A DNA stretch of 64,000 bases from Nitrospirota bacterium (GCA_963754875.1 CAVWHO010000007.1:96001-160000), one strand, 5' to 3'; numbered from the stretch's first letter, positions 28,721-39,743 are shown. Numbers and translations are program-made. Notes: a model not told the origin generated them from the sequence alone.

Positions 28721-29968
28721 ATGAAGAAGATCGTTATCAATGGCGGGAAAAAACTGAGCGGCGAAGTTACGATCAGCGGCGCAAAGAACGCGGCACTGCC
28801 CATCCTCGCTGCCGGCCTGCTGTGCGCGGGTAAGCAGACCATTGCGAATGTCCCGCGCCTGGCCGATGTAACCACGTTCGGAAGGATCCTCCAAAACATG
28901 GGCGTGTCCTTCGATCGGAAGGATGAGGATATCGTCATCGATTCCACTGGTCTGACAAACCCCGAGGCGCCTTATGATCTCGTGCGGACCATGCGGGCCT
29001 CGGTGCTCGTGCTCGGCCCGCTTGTGGCGCGCATGGGCAGGGCCAGGGTGTCAATGCCGGGCGGATGCGCTATCGGCGCGCGTCCCATCAACCTTCATCT
29101 CATGGGCCTCGAGAAGCTCGGCGCATCGGTCGAAATCGAGCATGGCTACGTTGTCGCATCAGCCAGGAGGCTTCACGGGACGCGTATCTATTTCGACACC
29201 ATCACCGTGACCGGCACGGAGAACATCATGATGGCAGCCACGCTTGCAGAAGGCCAGACCATCATCGAGAATGCGGCGCGGGAGCCTGAAATCGTCGATT
29301 TGGCGAATGCCCTCATTCAGATGGGCGCGAAAATCGAAGGCGCGGGTACGGACATCATCAAAATCCAGGGAGTTGACACCCTCCGGCCCATGAACTACAC
29401 CGTGATGCCCGACCGGATCGAAACAGGCACCTTTGTAATCGCCGCAGCGATAACCGGCGGCACGGTGACGATCAAAAATTGTTTTCCCGGCCATCTTGAC
29501 GCAGTTCTGACAAAGGTACAGGAAGCAGGCGTCCAAATTTCGATTGATGACAATACAATCCGCGTGATCGGACAGCCTGGCATCACCGCGGTGAATATCA
29601 AGACACAGGAATATCCGGGTTTTCCCACTGATATGCAGGCACAATTCATGAGCCTCATGACTCTTGCCGAGGGCACGAGCGTTATCAATGAGACAATTTT
29701 TGAGAACCGTTTCACCCATGTGGCGGAACTTCGCCGTATGGGAGCCGATATCGAAGCCGACGGTCACACGGCCATCGTAAAGGGCGTAACGAAGCTGTCC
29801 GCGGCGCCTGTTATGGCGACCGACCTCCGGGCGAGCGCATCCCTGATCCTCGCGGGACTTGCCGCGGAAGGACAGACCGTGGTCTCCCGCATCTACCATC
29901 TCGACCGGGGGTATGAGAACATCGAGCAGAAGCTCTCGGCCCTCGGGGCGGATATTAAAAGAGTATAA
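28721..29968 (+). CDS. murA: UDP-GlcNAc 1-carboxyvinyltransferase
   Basis: [30 protein letters not shown]. Confidence 0.96.
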   Translation: MKKIVINGGKKLSGEVTISGAKNAALPILAAGLLCAGKQTIANVPRLADVTTFGRILQNMGVSFDRKDEDIVIDSTGLTNPEAPYDLVRTMRASVLVLGPLVARMGRARVSMPGGCAIGARPINLHLMGLEKLGASVEIEHGYVVASARRLHGTRIYFDTITVTGTENIMMAATLAEGQTIIENAAREPEIVDLANALIQMGAKIEGAGTDIIKIQGVDTLRPMNYTVMPDRIETGTFVIAAAITGGTVTIKNCFPGHLDAVLTKVQEAGVQISIDDNTIRVIGQPGITAVNIKTQEYPGFPTDMQAQFMSLMTLAEGTSVINETIFENRFTHVAELRRMGADIEADGHTAIVKGVTKLSAAPVMATDLRASASLILAGLAAEGQTVVSRIYHLDRGYENIEQKLSALGADIKRV

Positions 29969-30051
29969 GAGACGGGACGGGCTAACAGGATGGAGAGAGG
30001 GGAAAGATTTCAACCTGCTCTAATCCTGTCGAAAGAGGTTCTTAATCAATT

Positions 30052-31344
30052 ATGAAAATCATCGATTCTCAACAGAAAGACATCGGCACAGAACTGAAGC
30101 GCATCGTGAGCCGCGGTGAAACGGCCACGGAAGAAGTCGCCGCTGCCGTGAAGGAAGTCGTGGACCGCGTCCGCAAAGAAGGCGATCCGGCCGTACTCGA
30201 ATACACCGAGAAGTTCGACAAGGTGAAACTCTCACTCAAGGACATCAAAGTGTCCCCTGAGGAGATCAAGGAAGCCTATGCTCGCGTGGAAACAAAAAAG
30301 GTGGATGCGCTCAAGCTTGCGGCCCAGAACATCCGCCTGTTCCATGAAAAGCAGAAGATCAGCTCCTGGGTCAGCCAGGAAGCTGACGGCGTGATCCTGG
30401 GACAGCTGGCGAGACCGATCCGGAGCGCGGGCATCTATGTGCCAGGCGGCAAGGCCTGCTACCCGTCATCGGTGCTTATGAACGTCATCCCGGCCAAGGT
30501 GGCGGGCGTGGAGCATCTCGTCATGTGTTCGCCGGCGCCGGGCGGGAACCTGAACCCGTACATTTTGATCGCCGCGGACATCGCCGGTGTAAGCGAGATA
30601 TATAAGATAGGCGGGGCACAGGCTGTCGCGGCCATGGCGTACGGTACTGCCACGATTCCCAAGGTCGACAAGATCGTGGGCCCGGGCAATATTTATGTTG
30701 CCACTGCCAAACGCTATGTCTTCGGCCAGGTTGACATCGATATGATCGCCGGGCCGAGTGAGATCCTTGTCATCGCCGACCATACGGCGAACCCCGAGTT
30801 TGTTGCCTCTGATCTCCTTTCCCAGGCAGAACATGACGAGCTCGCTTCCTCCATTCTCGTGACAACCTCTCGGGAGCTGGCGGACAAGGTGGATGCGGAG
30901 GTCGAGCGTCAACTCGCAAACCTGACGAGAAAAGAGATCGCACGCAAGGCCATTGACCGCTTCGGCGCTATTGTTATCACTGCCTCCCTGCCGGAAGCTG
31001 CTGAGGTATCGAATTCCATTGCGCCGGAGCACCTTGAGCTTGCCGTAGAGAAACCTTTTGAACTTCTGGCATTGGTCAAGAATGCAGGAGCAATTTTCCT
31101 CGGCCACTACACGCCAGAATCAGTGGGCGACTACATCGCCGGCCCGAACCATGTGCTTCCCACGGGCGGTACAGCACGGTTTTTCTCGCCACTCTCGACC
31201 GACAGCTTCATGAAAAAGTCCAGCCTGATCTTCTACACACGGGAAGGATTGGACAAGGTCGGTGAGGCCGTGATGCAGATCGCAGACGTCGAAGGCCTGG
31301 AGGCGCACGGGAATACGATACGCGTACGGATGGCAAAGAAATAA
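30052..31344 (+). CDS. hisD: Histidinol dehydrogenase
   Basis: IDMIAGPSE, SQAEHD, APEHL, GPNHVLPT. Confidence 0.96.
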   Translation: MKIIDSQQKDIGTELKRIVSRGETATEEVAAAVKEVVDRVRKEGDPAVLEYTEKFDKVKLSLKDIKVSPEEIKEAYARVETKKVDALKLAAQNIRLFHEKQKISSWVSQEADGVILGQLARPIRSAGIYVPGGKACYPSSVLMNVIPAKVAGVEHLVMCSPAPGGNLNPYILIAADIAGVSEIYKIGGAQAVAAMAYGTATIPKVDKIVGPGNIYVATAKRYVFGQVDIDMIAGPSEILVIADHTANPEFVASDLLSQAEHDELASSILVTTSRELADKVDAEVERQLANLTRKEIARKAIDRFGAIVITASLPEAAEVSNSIAPEHLELAVEKPFELLALVKNAGAIFLGHYTPESVGDYIAGPNHVLPTGGTARFFSPLSTDSFMKKSSLIFYTREGLDKVGEAVMQIADVEGLEAHGNTIRVRMAKK

Positions 31345-31351
31345 GCATACC

Positions 31352-31436
31352 GCAGAAGTCAGAAGACAGAAGTCAGAAGTCAGACGAGACACGAAAAGCC
31401 GTTCTCCTGACCACTGGCTCCTGACTACTGACTCCT
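31352..31436. repeat. Heptamer tandem and inverted repeats
   Basis: (CAGAAGT/A)x4 ... CTGACCA CTGGCTC CTGACTA CTGACTC. Confidence 0.7.
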
Positions 31437-31455
31437 TCTTTACAAAGGAGTTCAC

Positions 31456-32376
31456 ATGCCTACAAAATCGAAAAAGGCCACATCGAAATCACCTGCACCA
31501 GCAAGTCAGAAGCTCAAACTCGGCCTCCCGAAGGGCAGCCTGCAGGATGCAACGTTCAAGCTCTTCAACAAGGCCGGCTACCGTGTCCAGGTCAGTTCGC
31601 GGAGCTACTATCCGACCATTGACGACCAGAACATCGACTGCACGCTTGTGCGCGCACAGGAGATGGCCCGCTATGTCGATCACGGCATTTTCGACGTGGG
31701 CCTCACGGGCAAGGACTGGATCCTGGAGCAGAACGCCGACGTGGTGGAAGTCGCCGAGCTTAGATACGCCAAGGGAGGACTGAACCCGGTCCGCTGGGTC
31801 GTGGCTGTGCCTGAAGAGTCCTCGATCAAGTCGGTCAAAGACCTGAAGGGCAAGCGGATCGCAACGGAACTCGTCGGTTACACAAAACGGTACCTCAAGT
31901 CCAAAGGGGTCACTGCAGATATTGAATTCTCCTGGGGAGCTACGGAAGTGAAACCGCCCCGGCTTGCTGATGCGATCGTGGAGCTCACCGAGACCGGCAG
32001 TTCGCTCAAGGCGAACAAGCTCCGGATCGTGGAAGTGATGCTTGAATCCACGACGCGGCTCATCGCAAACAAGAAGGCCTGGGCCGACCCGTGGAGACGA
32101 AAGAAGATCGAGAATATGGCGATGCTGCTCCAGGGCGCACTTGCTGCAGAGGAAAAGGTCGGCCTCAAAATGAACGCGCCCAAGGCGAACCTCAAAGAAA
32201 TCTGCGGCCTGCTGCCGTCCATGCATGCTCCGACGATCTCGCATCAGACCGATCCTGCCTGGGTCAGCCTTGAAGTGATCCTGGATGAAAAGCTGTCCCG
32301 CGATCTGATCCCGCGGCTCAAGCGTCGCGGCGCGTCGGGAATCGTCGAATACCCGTTGAATAAAGTGATTCCCTGA
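31456..32376 (+). CDS. hisG: ATP phosphoribosyltransferase (long form)
   Basis: [32 protein letters not shown]-terminal regulatory domain. Confidence 0.95.
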   Translation: MPTKSKKATSKSPAPASQKLKLGLPKGSLQDATFKLFNKAGYRVQVSSRSYYPTIDDQNIDCTLVRAQEMARYVDHGIFDVGLTGKDWILEQNADVVEVAELRYAKGGLNPVRWVVAVPEESSIKSVKDLKGKRIATELVGYTKRYLKSKGVTADIEFSWGATEVKPPRLADAIVELTETGSSLKANKLRIVEVMLESTTRLIANKKAWADPWRRKKIENMAMLLQGALAAEEKVGLKMNAPKANLKEICGLLPSMHAPTISHQTDPAWVSLEVILDEKLSRDLIPRLKRRGASGIVEYPLNKVIP

Positions 32377-32380
32377 TCTG

Positions 32381-32408
32381 AAAAGCGGCCGATGAGGCCG
32401 CCTTTTTT
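32381..32408 (+). terminator. Intrinsic terminator after hisG
   Basis: GCGGCC-gatga-GGCCGC followed by CTTTTTT. Confidence 0.6.
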
Positions 32409-32464
32409 GTCTGATATAGTTTGTCCTTGTGTGCGGATATCATTTCTTGTATAGTGACGTTGTC

Positions 32465-33544
32465 ATGAAATCTTCTTCAAAATCGAAAGACATTACATCG
32501 CTGATCAAACCATCTGTACGCCGTCTCGAAGCCTACCTCGTCGATGAAACGCCGGTCCGCATAAAGCTCGACGCCATGGAAAATCCATTTTCCATGCCTC
32601 CGGCCGTGCGTCGTGAAATTGCCGCTGTTGTGAAAAACACGCGGATCAACCTTTATCCCGATCCCTCGGCCAAAATTCTGAAGAAGGCGATTGCATCGTT
32701 CTGGAAAATGAATCCCAAGCAAATGATCCTCGGCAACGGTTCGGACGAGCTGATCCAGGCGATCGTCCTTGCCTTTGGCGGACCAATACTTATTCCGTCG
32801 CCGACATTCGCTATGTACGAGATCACATCCAGTGCGCTTGCGGAGGATGTTGTCTCCGTTCCGCTCGGCACGGAATTCGATCTCGATGCCGATTTGATGA
32901 TTAAAAAGGCGAAATTAAGCAAAGCAAAAGTGATCTTCCTCGCCTGCCCGAACAACCCAACGGGAAACCGGTTTTCAGATGCTGCTGTCCGGAAAATACT
33001 GGACAAGGCGAATGCGGCAGTCGTGATCGACGAGGCGTACTTCAGTTTTTCCGGCAAGACCTATCTGCCCCTTGTGAAGAAGTATCCCAACATGATCATC
33101 CTTCGTACGCTTTCAAAAATCGGTTTTGCAGGCCTCCGGGTCGGCGTGCTGGTTGCGTCGGCAAGCATCGTGAATGAACTCAACAAACTTCGCCTGCCCT
33201 ACAACATCAACAGCCTTTCCCAGGCGGCCGCGGTAAGCGCGCTCAAGCACCGGAGTGTTCTCAATCATCAGATTTCCCTGTTGATTTCAGAACGAAAAAA
33301 GCTCTATAATGTTTTTTCTAAGCTGCCTGGCGTTACAGCCTATCCTTCGGAGACCAACTTCATCATGATCAGGACCGACGCTGACGCATCAGTTATACAT
33401 CGCAAACTGAAGCAGGCCGGCATCTTGATCAAGAATTTGAGCAAGCCCGGCTCGCTCAAGAACTGCCTGAGGGTCACGATCGGAACGCCGGAAGAAAATA
33501 AGGAGTTTCTGACCGCGCTGAACAAGATAGTAATAACACATTGA
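32465..33544 (+). CDS. hisC: Histidinol-phosphate aminotransferase
   Basis: GNGSDELI, PNNPTG, DEAY, RTLSKIGFAGLRVG. Confidence 0.93.
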   Translation: MKSSSKSKDITSLIKPSVRRLEAYLVDETPVRIKLDAMENPFSMPPAVRREIAAVVKNTRINLYPDPSAKILKKAIASFWKMNPKQMILGNGSDELIQAIVLAFGGPILIPSPTFAMYEITSSALAEDVVSVPLGTEFDLDADLMIKKAKLSKAKVIFLACPNNPTGNRFSDAAVRKILDKANAAVVIDEAYFSFSGKTYLPLVKKYPNMIILRTLSKIGFAGLRVGVLVASASIVNELNKLRLPYNINSLSQAAAVSALKHRSVLNHQISLLISERKKLYNVFSKLPGVTAYPSETNFIMIRTDADASVIHRKLKQAGILIKNLSKPGSLKNCLRVTIGTPEENKEFLTALNKIVITH

Positions 33545-33614
33545 TTCCCGACGCATGATTCAGGTTGTATGAGAAAACCTTCATCCTGCATCTTGTATCC
33601 GATCAAGGAGTTTT

Positions 33615-34205
33615 ATGCCCCGCAAAGCTACGATCGATCGCAAGACCAAAGAAACCGACATCAAAATTTCCCTGCACCTTGACGGCACGGGACAGTACCG
33701 CATCAAGACCTCGGTGCCGTTCATGGACCATATGTTCTCGCACATCGCCAAACACGGTTTCTTCGACTTGGTGGTGAAGGCAAAGGGAGACACCGAGATA
33801 GACGATCATCATACCGTCGAAGACCTCGGCATCGCCTTCGGCCAGGCGCTCAAAAAAGCGCTCGGCGACAGCAAAGGCATTCGCCGCTACGGAGAAGCGA
33901 CCGTTCCGATGGACGAGACCCTTGCCCAGGTGGTCATGGACCTTTCCGGCAGACCTTTCCTTGTGTATCAGCTGGATTTACCAAAGAAGTACAAGCTCAA
34001 GGACTTCGATCCAGGACTTGCAGAGGACTTCTTCCGTTCTGTTTCCAACCACGCCGGCATGAACCTCCACATCCGCCTCCTGTACGGCCGCGACGTGCAC
34101 CACATGCTCGAAGGCATTTTCAAGGCTTTCGGCCGCGCTCTGGACCAGGCCACGAGCCTCGATCCCCGGATCAAAGGCGTGCTCTCGACCAAGGGAAAAA
34201 TCTAA
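33615..34205 (+). CDS. hisB: Imidazoleglycerol-phosphate dehydratase
   Basis: [32 protein letters not shown]. Confidence 0.95.
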   Translation: MPRKATIDRKTKETDIKISLHLDGTGQYRIKTSVPFMDHMFSHIAKHGFFDLVVKAKGDTEIDDHHTVEDLGIAFGQALKKALGDSKGIRRYGEATVPMDETLAQVVMDLSGRPFLVYQLDLPKKYKLKDFDPGLAEDFFRSVSNHAGMNLHIRLLYGRDVHHMLEGIFKAFGRALDQATSLDPRIKGVLSTKGKI

Positions 34206-34214
34206 AAGGAAAAT

Positions 34215-34312
34215 TCTCTCAGGGAGAAATGGGGAAAGAGGGAGAATGCGAGAAAACTTCTTGTCTTTTATTATTTTCCCCTTTCGCCTTTCAATTCTCC
34301 TTTTCTCCTGAG
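34215..34312. repeat. Purine/pyrimidine-rich imperfect inverted repeat
   Basis: GGGAGAAAT/GGGGAAAGA units mirrored by TTCTCCTTTT units. Confidence 0.45.
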
Positions 34313-34329
34313 TGATATAAGGCTTTGTT

Positions 34330-34969
34330 ATGATCGCGATTATCGATTATGGAATGGGAAACTTACGGAGCGTCCAGAAGGGCTTCGAACGCATGGGCCA
34401 CGAGGCCGTGGTCACGAACGATGCGAAAACGATCCTGAGCGCGTCCAAGGTCGTCTTGCCCGGTGTGGGCGCGTTTCCGGACTGTATGCGGAACCTCCGG
34501 GAGTACGGTCTTATCGACGTGGTGCACGAGAGCATCGACTCGGGTAAGCCTTTTCTCGGGATCTGCCTCGGACTCCAGCTGCTTTTTACGGAAAGCGAAG
34601 AGTTCGGGATCTCGAAAGGCCTCGACATCATCAAGGGCCGCGTGGTCCGGTTCAAGGGTCCCGCTTTCGAGACTCAAGACTTGAAACTCGAGACTCTTAA
34701 AGTCCCCCACATGGGCTGGAACTCCATATCAATCAAGCGCCGTGCGCCGGCCTTGCAGGACGTGCCGGACAACAGCAATGTCTACTTCGTGCATTCCTTC
34801 CACGTGGTGCCCGAGGACAAGAACGTAATTGCGACGACGACCTCCTACGGAATCGACTTCGTATCGAGCATCTGGAAGGACAACATCTTCGCGACCCAGT
34901 TCCATCCCGGAGAAGAGCCAGGCGCTGGGGCTGTCGATCTTGAAACGGTTTGGAGAACAGAAAGGATAG
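34330..34969 (+). CDS. hisH: IGP synthase glutaminase subunit (+1 frameshift in the HPE motif near 34907)
   Basis: GICLGLQ, VPHMGWN, YFVHS; removing one C restores QFHPEKSQALGLSILKRF...*. Confidence 0.93.
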
Positions 34970-35047
34970 AGGCAAGGGTCCAGTAGCAAGGGTCCGGGAA
35001 ACAAATGCTTACTTCTGATTCCTGACTACTGGCTACTGAGGATTCAC

Positions 35048-35794
35048 ATGTTAATCATTCCTGCAATCGACTTAAAAGAAGGCAAGTGCGTGCGCCTCGA
35101 ACAGGGGCTCATGGACAAGGCCACGGTCTATTCCGACGATCCGGCAACCACTGCTAAACACTGGGAGTCTCAGGGGGCCGAAATTCTGCACGTCGTTGAC
35201 CTGAATGGTGCCTTTGCAGGCGTGCCGAAGAACCTCGATGCGATCAAGGCTATCCGTGCTGCCATTAAGATCCCGATCGAGGTCGGCGGCGGCATCCGCG
35301 ACATGGCCACGATCGACAACCTCGTCTCTATCGGCATCGACCGGATCATCCTCGGCACAGCCGCGATCGAGAACCCGGCTTTTGTCCAGGAAGCCTGTGC
35401 AAAATTTCCGGGAAGGATCATCGTGGGAATCGACGCCAGGGACGGCATGGTCGCGATCAAAGGCTGGGCAGAAGTAACCAAAGTTAAGGCCGTTGATCTT
35501 GCGAAGCAGATGCAGGAATACGGCGTCATCGCCATCATCTACACGGACATCAAGCGGGACGGCATGCTTTCCGGTCCGAACATCGAAGCGACAAAAGCCC
35601 TCGCCGACGCGCTCCACATCCCGGTCATCGCCTCCGGCGGCGTCCATACGATGAAGGACATCGAAAACCTTCTCACCGTGCGATACTCCGGTGTCTCCGG
35701 CGTGATTACCGGAAAGGCCATTTACAGCGGATCGCTGAACCTGAAGGAAGCGATCACCTTCGTCAAGATGAATGACAACCGGTGTGTGAGATAG
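35048..35794 (+). CDS. hisA: ProFAR isomerase
   Basis: [30 protein letters not shown]. Confidence 0.95.
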   Translation: MLIIPAIDLKEGKCVRLEQGLMDKATVYSDDPATTAKHWESQGAEILHVVDLNGAFAGVPKNLDAIKAIRAAIKIPIEVGGGIRDMATIDNLVSIGIDRIILGTAAIENPAFVQEACAKFPGRIIVGIDARDGMVAIKGWAEVTKVKAVDLAKQMQEYGVIAIIYTDIKRDGMLSGPNIEATKALADALHIPVIASGGVHTMKDIENLLTVRYSGVSGVITGKAIYSGSLNLKEAITFVKMNDNRCVR

Positions 35795-35869
35795 CGGCCA
35801 GCCGACCACTCCCTCTCCTTGAAGCGGAGGAAGATACTCATAGCAAATCATTCGGAGTAATTGCAAACC

Positions 35870-36727
35870 ATGTTAACCAAACGAATCATCCCCTGCCTCG
35901 ATGTGAAAGGCGGCCGCGTGGTGAAGGGCGTAAGCTTCGTGAACCTGCGCGATGCAGGCGATCCGGTCGAAATCGCAAAGGCCTATGACGAACAGGGCGC
36001 GGACGAGCTCACGTTCCTCGACATCACGGCCTCGCACGAAGAGCGTGGGATCATTTTAGACGTCGTTCGAAGGACGGCCGAACAGGTCTTCATGCCGCTC
36101 ACCGTGGGCGGCGGCATCAAGGTGCTGGACGATATCAGGAACCTCCTGCTCGCCGGAGCTGACAAGGTCTCGATCAACACGACAGCTGTCCACGATCCGG
36201 AGTTCATTAAGCATGCGTCTTTGCGCTTCGGCAGCCAATGCATCGTCGTCGCCATTGACGCAAAACGGGTAGTGGCACATGACAAGGACTTCAAACCACC
36301 GCTCACGTGGGCCGAAGACCCGAAGTATCGATCTCTTTTTCTTGCCAACTCGGAACTTAAAACTCAGAACTCAGAACTGCATTGGGAGGTCTACACCCAC
36401 GGCGGCAGAAAGCCCATGGGCATCGATGCTGTTGCCTGGGCAAAAAAAATGGAGGAGTACGGTGCTGGAGAAATTCTGCTTACGAGCATGAACCAGGACG
36501 GCCAGAAGACCGGCTACGACTTGGATTTGACCCGGGCTGTTGCTGAAGCAGTCACGATCCCGGTCATCGCCTCGGGCGGCGTGGGAAACCTGGAACATAT
36601 CTACGAAGGATTTAAGAAGGGCAAGGCCGACGCCGCCCTGGCAGCATCAATCTTTCATTTTAAGGAATATACGATCAGGCAAGCTAAGGAATATTTAAGA
36701 GCGCGCGGCGTGCCGGTAAGATTGTGA
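35870..36727 (+). CDS. hisF: IGP synthase cyclase subunit with an internal insertion
   Basis: [36 protein letters not shown]. Confidence 0.95.
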   Translation: MLTKRIIPCLDVKGGRVVKGVSFVNLRDAGDPVEIAKAYDEQGADELTFLDITASHEERGIILDVVRRTAEQVFMPLTVGGGIKVLDDIRNLLLAGADKVSINTTAVHDPEFIKHASLRFGSQCIVVAIDAKRVVAHDKDFKPPLTWAEDPKYRSLFLANSELKTQNSELHWEVYTHGGRKPMGIDAVAWAKKMEEYGAGEILLTSMNQDGQKTGYDLDLTRAVAEAVTIPVIASGGVGNLEHIYEGFKKGKADAALAASIFHFKEYTIRQAKEYLRARGVPVRL

Positions 36728-36800
36728 AGGGAAGCCTTCAGCGGCACCGTATATATATGCTGACTGCGCCGTTCTAACGAACGAAAGGAGACTTCATCCG

Positions 36801-37199
36801 ATGAAGAAAATATACGGCGGGATAATGCTGCTCCTTTTTGCTTTTGCTTCAGGCACCATGGCGATTCCGAAGCCCAAGCCCGAACCGGCTCCGGAAAAAA
36901 CGGTGGTGGAAAAAAAGGAGGAGATTTCCGGCGTTGCAAACAATACAGTAGTGGCAAAAAAGGAAACGTTTTCCGGCGTCATCGAAAAAGTCGATACCCG
37001 CAGGAATGCCGTTGTCGTCAGAGATATTTTGAAGAAAGAGAAGACGCTGACCTTTGTTGTCAGTAACAAAACAAAGATCAGAAAATCTGCAATCCCACTG
37101 CTCCTGAAGGACGTGAAGAGGGCCATGCAGGTCACTGTTGAGTATCTGGAAGAAAAGGACAGACTGAGCGCACTCTCGATCGAAGTGCACGGGCCTTAG
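36801..37199 (+). CDS. Exported hypothetical protein
   Basis: AAGGAG RBS; signal peptide; P/K/E-rich linker; OB-like beta domain. Confidence 0.7.
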   Translation: MKKIYGGIMLLLFAFASGTMAIPKPKPEPAPEKTVVEKKEEISGVANNTVVAKKETFSGVIEKVDTRRNAVVVRDILKKEKTLTFVVSNKTKIRKSAIPLLLKDVKRAMQVTVEYLEEKDRLSALSIEVHGP

Positions 37200-37284
37200 G
37201 CTGCCCGGCAGACAACGCTGCTCATAAGGTTCTGAGTAAGACCGGGCATGAACCTGTGCGGCCCTTTTCTTTTTCGCGCCAGCC

Positions 37285-37776
37285 CTACCACTTGTGAAGC
37301 GGGGGATACTCGGTAAGCGTCAGAGCGATAGCCTTTCCGCTTGTGTCAGTCACTACATCCACCGTATATATGATCCACTGTATTCCACCCCACGAAAAGG
37401 CCTGCGTCAGGCTGGATTTCGGTCTGTATACAACGACGGCCCAGTTTCCGTTCAGGGAGGCATCTCCACCCTGGTAGGCCCAGTACCCAGGAGGACAGTT
37501 GGTGCCGTCGACGTCGCCGAATGCGCCGGCATAATTAGAGACCGACGCGTCATTAAAGGGATTATGCGCAGTTATCGGCTGGCTGCTGGCGAGTTGTTTC
37601 ATGGAGTAAATGTTGAGGGCTGAAGAAAGGCTTTGTGCCTCGTACTCGAAGCTGGTCCGTTCGGCATCTTTGGACAGGGAAATAAAACGGGGGATTGCGA
37701 CGGCTCCCAGGACACTGATGACGGTAATTATCATCACCAATTCAAGGAGAGTGAACCCCTCCTGTTGCTTTTTCAT
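37285..37776 (-). CDS. Orphan type IV pilin (MshA/MshB-like)
   Basis: G|FTLLELVMIITVISVLGAVAIPRF; GGGGAG RBS. Confidence 0.8.
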   Translation of the reverse strand: MKKQQEGFTLLELVMIITVISVLGAVAIPRFISLSKDAERTSFEYEAQSLSSALNIYSMKQLASSQPITAHNPFNDASVSNYAGAFGDVDGTNCPPGYWAYQGGDASLNGNWAVVVYRPKSSLTQAFSWGGIQWIIYTVDVVTDTSGKAIALTLTEYPPLHKW

Positions 37777-37873
37777 GAGCCTGCTCCCCTGTAAGCTCTC
37801 CGCGTCATTGGTCCGTGCGCACCACACCTCGCTGTACTAACATCCCCCGTGTCTTGACGGAGGGTTCTTAACT

Positions 37874-37902
37874 ACTATATGAAAATCAAACCCTTCTGTC
37901 AA
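37874..37902 (-). promoter_or_regulatory. Sigma70 promoter of the orphan pilin
   Basis: TTGACA-N17-TATAGT on the minus strand. Confidence 0.6.
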
Positions 37903-38191
37903 GCACAGGACAGCGGCAACTAAAGACCCGATGGTGAGGTTGATGCACCCAAGAACGACAAGGGGTGCACTCTTTTCAAAACAGGCGACGCCTTGAGCCC
38001 CCTACTAAAGGGTAGCGCGTTCGGCTCTTATGTGTGATGGGAAGGGTCAGCAAGAGATGTTGACGGGGGACAGATACAAATGAAATGATATCACACAGGG
38101 GAAAGCGCTCCGGTGGTCTGCCGACCTCATGGCGCGCGGCGAACATTTTTACGACGTCATAATTCGTTTCAATATTGTGCCGTCTTTTTCA

Positions 38192-39610
38192 TTACTCCCA
38201 ATCCAATAACCGCTTGTTTCCGGTGAGCTTCTGGATATGAGTGATGTCCTGGCTCACTTCAAGACAGCCGCGGTACTGTCCCGCCTGATCACGCACAGCA
38301 AAGTAGCGGATGTGGATCACCTTTCCCTGCATCTGGATCCAGAACTCGGCGACGTCTTTGGCCCCAGCCTTAAAGGACGAAAGTATCTTCTCCACCATGT
38401 CGACACTTTTGGGCGGATGGCAGTTCTGGACACGCCTCCCAATCACGCCCGGGCTCCGCGGGAAGATGCGCTCCGGCGTGGCAGAGTAGTAGACCACCTC
38501 GTCGTTTTCATTCACAAAAGAAATGTCGATCGGCAGATGCGTGAGCATTAGGTTCACCTGGTCCGCGGTAAGCAGCCCGTCGAGGTTCAGGCTGCCGATC
38601 TTGTCGGCGATATATGTCTGCTGGAACGATTCAGCGGACGGTTTCCACTGTGCTGCCGGCTTGATCCAGGCAAAACCGATCTCCTCTTCTCCTTTACTGA
38701 CCTTTGCCCACTCGTCCTCGGAAAGCGTTTCGAGGGCCATCGGGAAGAGGATGTGCTCTTCCTTATAGATCATGTCGTTGATCATCTTGGCCAAGGCCTC
38801 AATGGCCACTTTCTCCATTTTGCCGTCCTTCACGCGCTTGCGCACGTCCTTGATGAACCCGCGAATATCATCATGGAGGGCCCACATGACTTTCGATGGA
38901 CCGGAAACGCCCTTCGTCTCGAAGATCGGGAAAAGTTGATTTTCCTTGCGGAGAAAGTGTTTGTCGATCTGCACAAGGCGATCAAGAATGCCGAGGAGTT
39001 TGTCCTTGTCCTTGACGTAATCGGTGATAGTTTCCGCTTCTTTCAGGATTCCTTCACACGCCCGGTTCTCGAGCATAAGCGTATGGACCGGATGACCGGC
39101 AGGAAGACCGGGCACGGCCTTCTGCTCCAGCGCTTCCTTGAACACCTGTACGTGTACATCGCAGAGGCTCTTGATCTCTGCTTCAGGCATTCCTCCGGCA
39201 ATGAGCTGCTGTTCCATCTGGGCAATTTCCCAGGGCGCCACGTCCTTGATCAGTTCCTCAAACTTCTTCTTCTGCGTTTCCGCGTCCTTACCCGCATGCA
39301 GCTCTTTGATGATATTTTTCAGTGTATCGATCCGCACTTCCTGCTCATCGGGGCCGCCTTCTCCATACGAAACCGTGACTGATTCGCCGGTTTTCTTCTT
39401 GATTTCAGCGGCAAGGTCATCGAGGAGCTTTTTTACATCCATCCCGCCGATCATAGCCGCCTTGCCGAGGGATGCGAGCCGCCCCACGGTCTTTCTCATG
39501 AAAGGGTTGTCGAGCATCTTGAATTCGGGGTTTACCGTGATCAGGAAATCCTTGAGGAAAGGATAATGGGCTATAATGTCGTTCACTTTCGTCTTCGGGC
39601 TCAGTTCCAT
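38192..39610 (-). CDS. DUF1858/DUF438-hemerythrin-PAS domain protein
   Basis: LCDVH, GHPVH, HFLRKENQLFP, KEEHILFP, NCHPPKS, GCLEVSQDI. Confidence 0.88.
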   Translation of the reverse strand: MELSPKTKVNDIIAHYPFLKDFLITVNPEFKMLDNPFMRKTVGRLASLGKAAMIGGMDVKKLLDDLAAEIKKKTGESVTVSYGEGGPDEQEVRIDTLKNIIKELHAGKDAETQKKKFEELIKDVAPWEIAQMEQQLIAGGMPEAEIKSLCDVHVQVFKEALEQKAVPGLPAGHPVHTLMLENRACEGILKEAETITDYVKDKDKLLGILDRLVQIDKHFLRKENQLFPIFETKGVSGPSKVMWALHDDIRGFIKDVRKRVKDGKMEKVAIEALAKMINDMIYKEEHILFPMALETLSEDEWAKVSKGEEEIGFAWIKPAAQWKPSAESFQQTYIADKIGSLNLDGLLTADQVNLMLTHLPIDISFVNENDEVVYYSATPERIFPRSPGVIGRRVQNCHPPKSVDMVEKILSSFKAGAKDVAEFWIQMQGKVIHIRYFAVRDQAGQYRGCLEVSQDITHIQKLTGNKRLLDWE

Positions 39611-39635
39611 GACATCCTCCTTTTTTATTGTATAG

Positions 39636-39677
39636 ATTATAGCACGCCGCTCAATTCACACGTATGACGTGGATCAT
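39636..39677 (-). promoter_or_regulatory. Class II Crp/Fnr-type promoter
   Basis: ATGA-N6-TCAT (39664-39677) centred at -41.5 relative to a TATAAT -10 box (39636-39641). Confidence 0.6.
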
Positions 39678-39693
39678 GCTAACCGGTCTTTAC

Positions 39694-39743
39694 CAAAAAA
39701 AGAGCCAGGAACATGCTTGCCGAAAGCATGCCCCTGGCTCTTC
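39694..39743 (-). terminator. Intrinsic terminator after adk
   Basis: GAGCCAGGGCATGCTT...AAGCATGTTCCTGGCTC followed by a T-run. Confidence 0.7.

Noticed and set aside
31352..31436. CRISPR-like array
   Set aside because: 7-bp tandem units with no spacers, and no cas genes in the window
37920..38060. Possible structured ncRNA, 6S RNA or second riboswitch
   Set aside because: Only short hairpins (TGCACCC/GGGTGCA, GAGCC/GGCTC); no recognisable family motif
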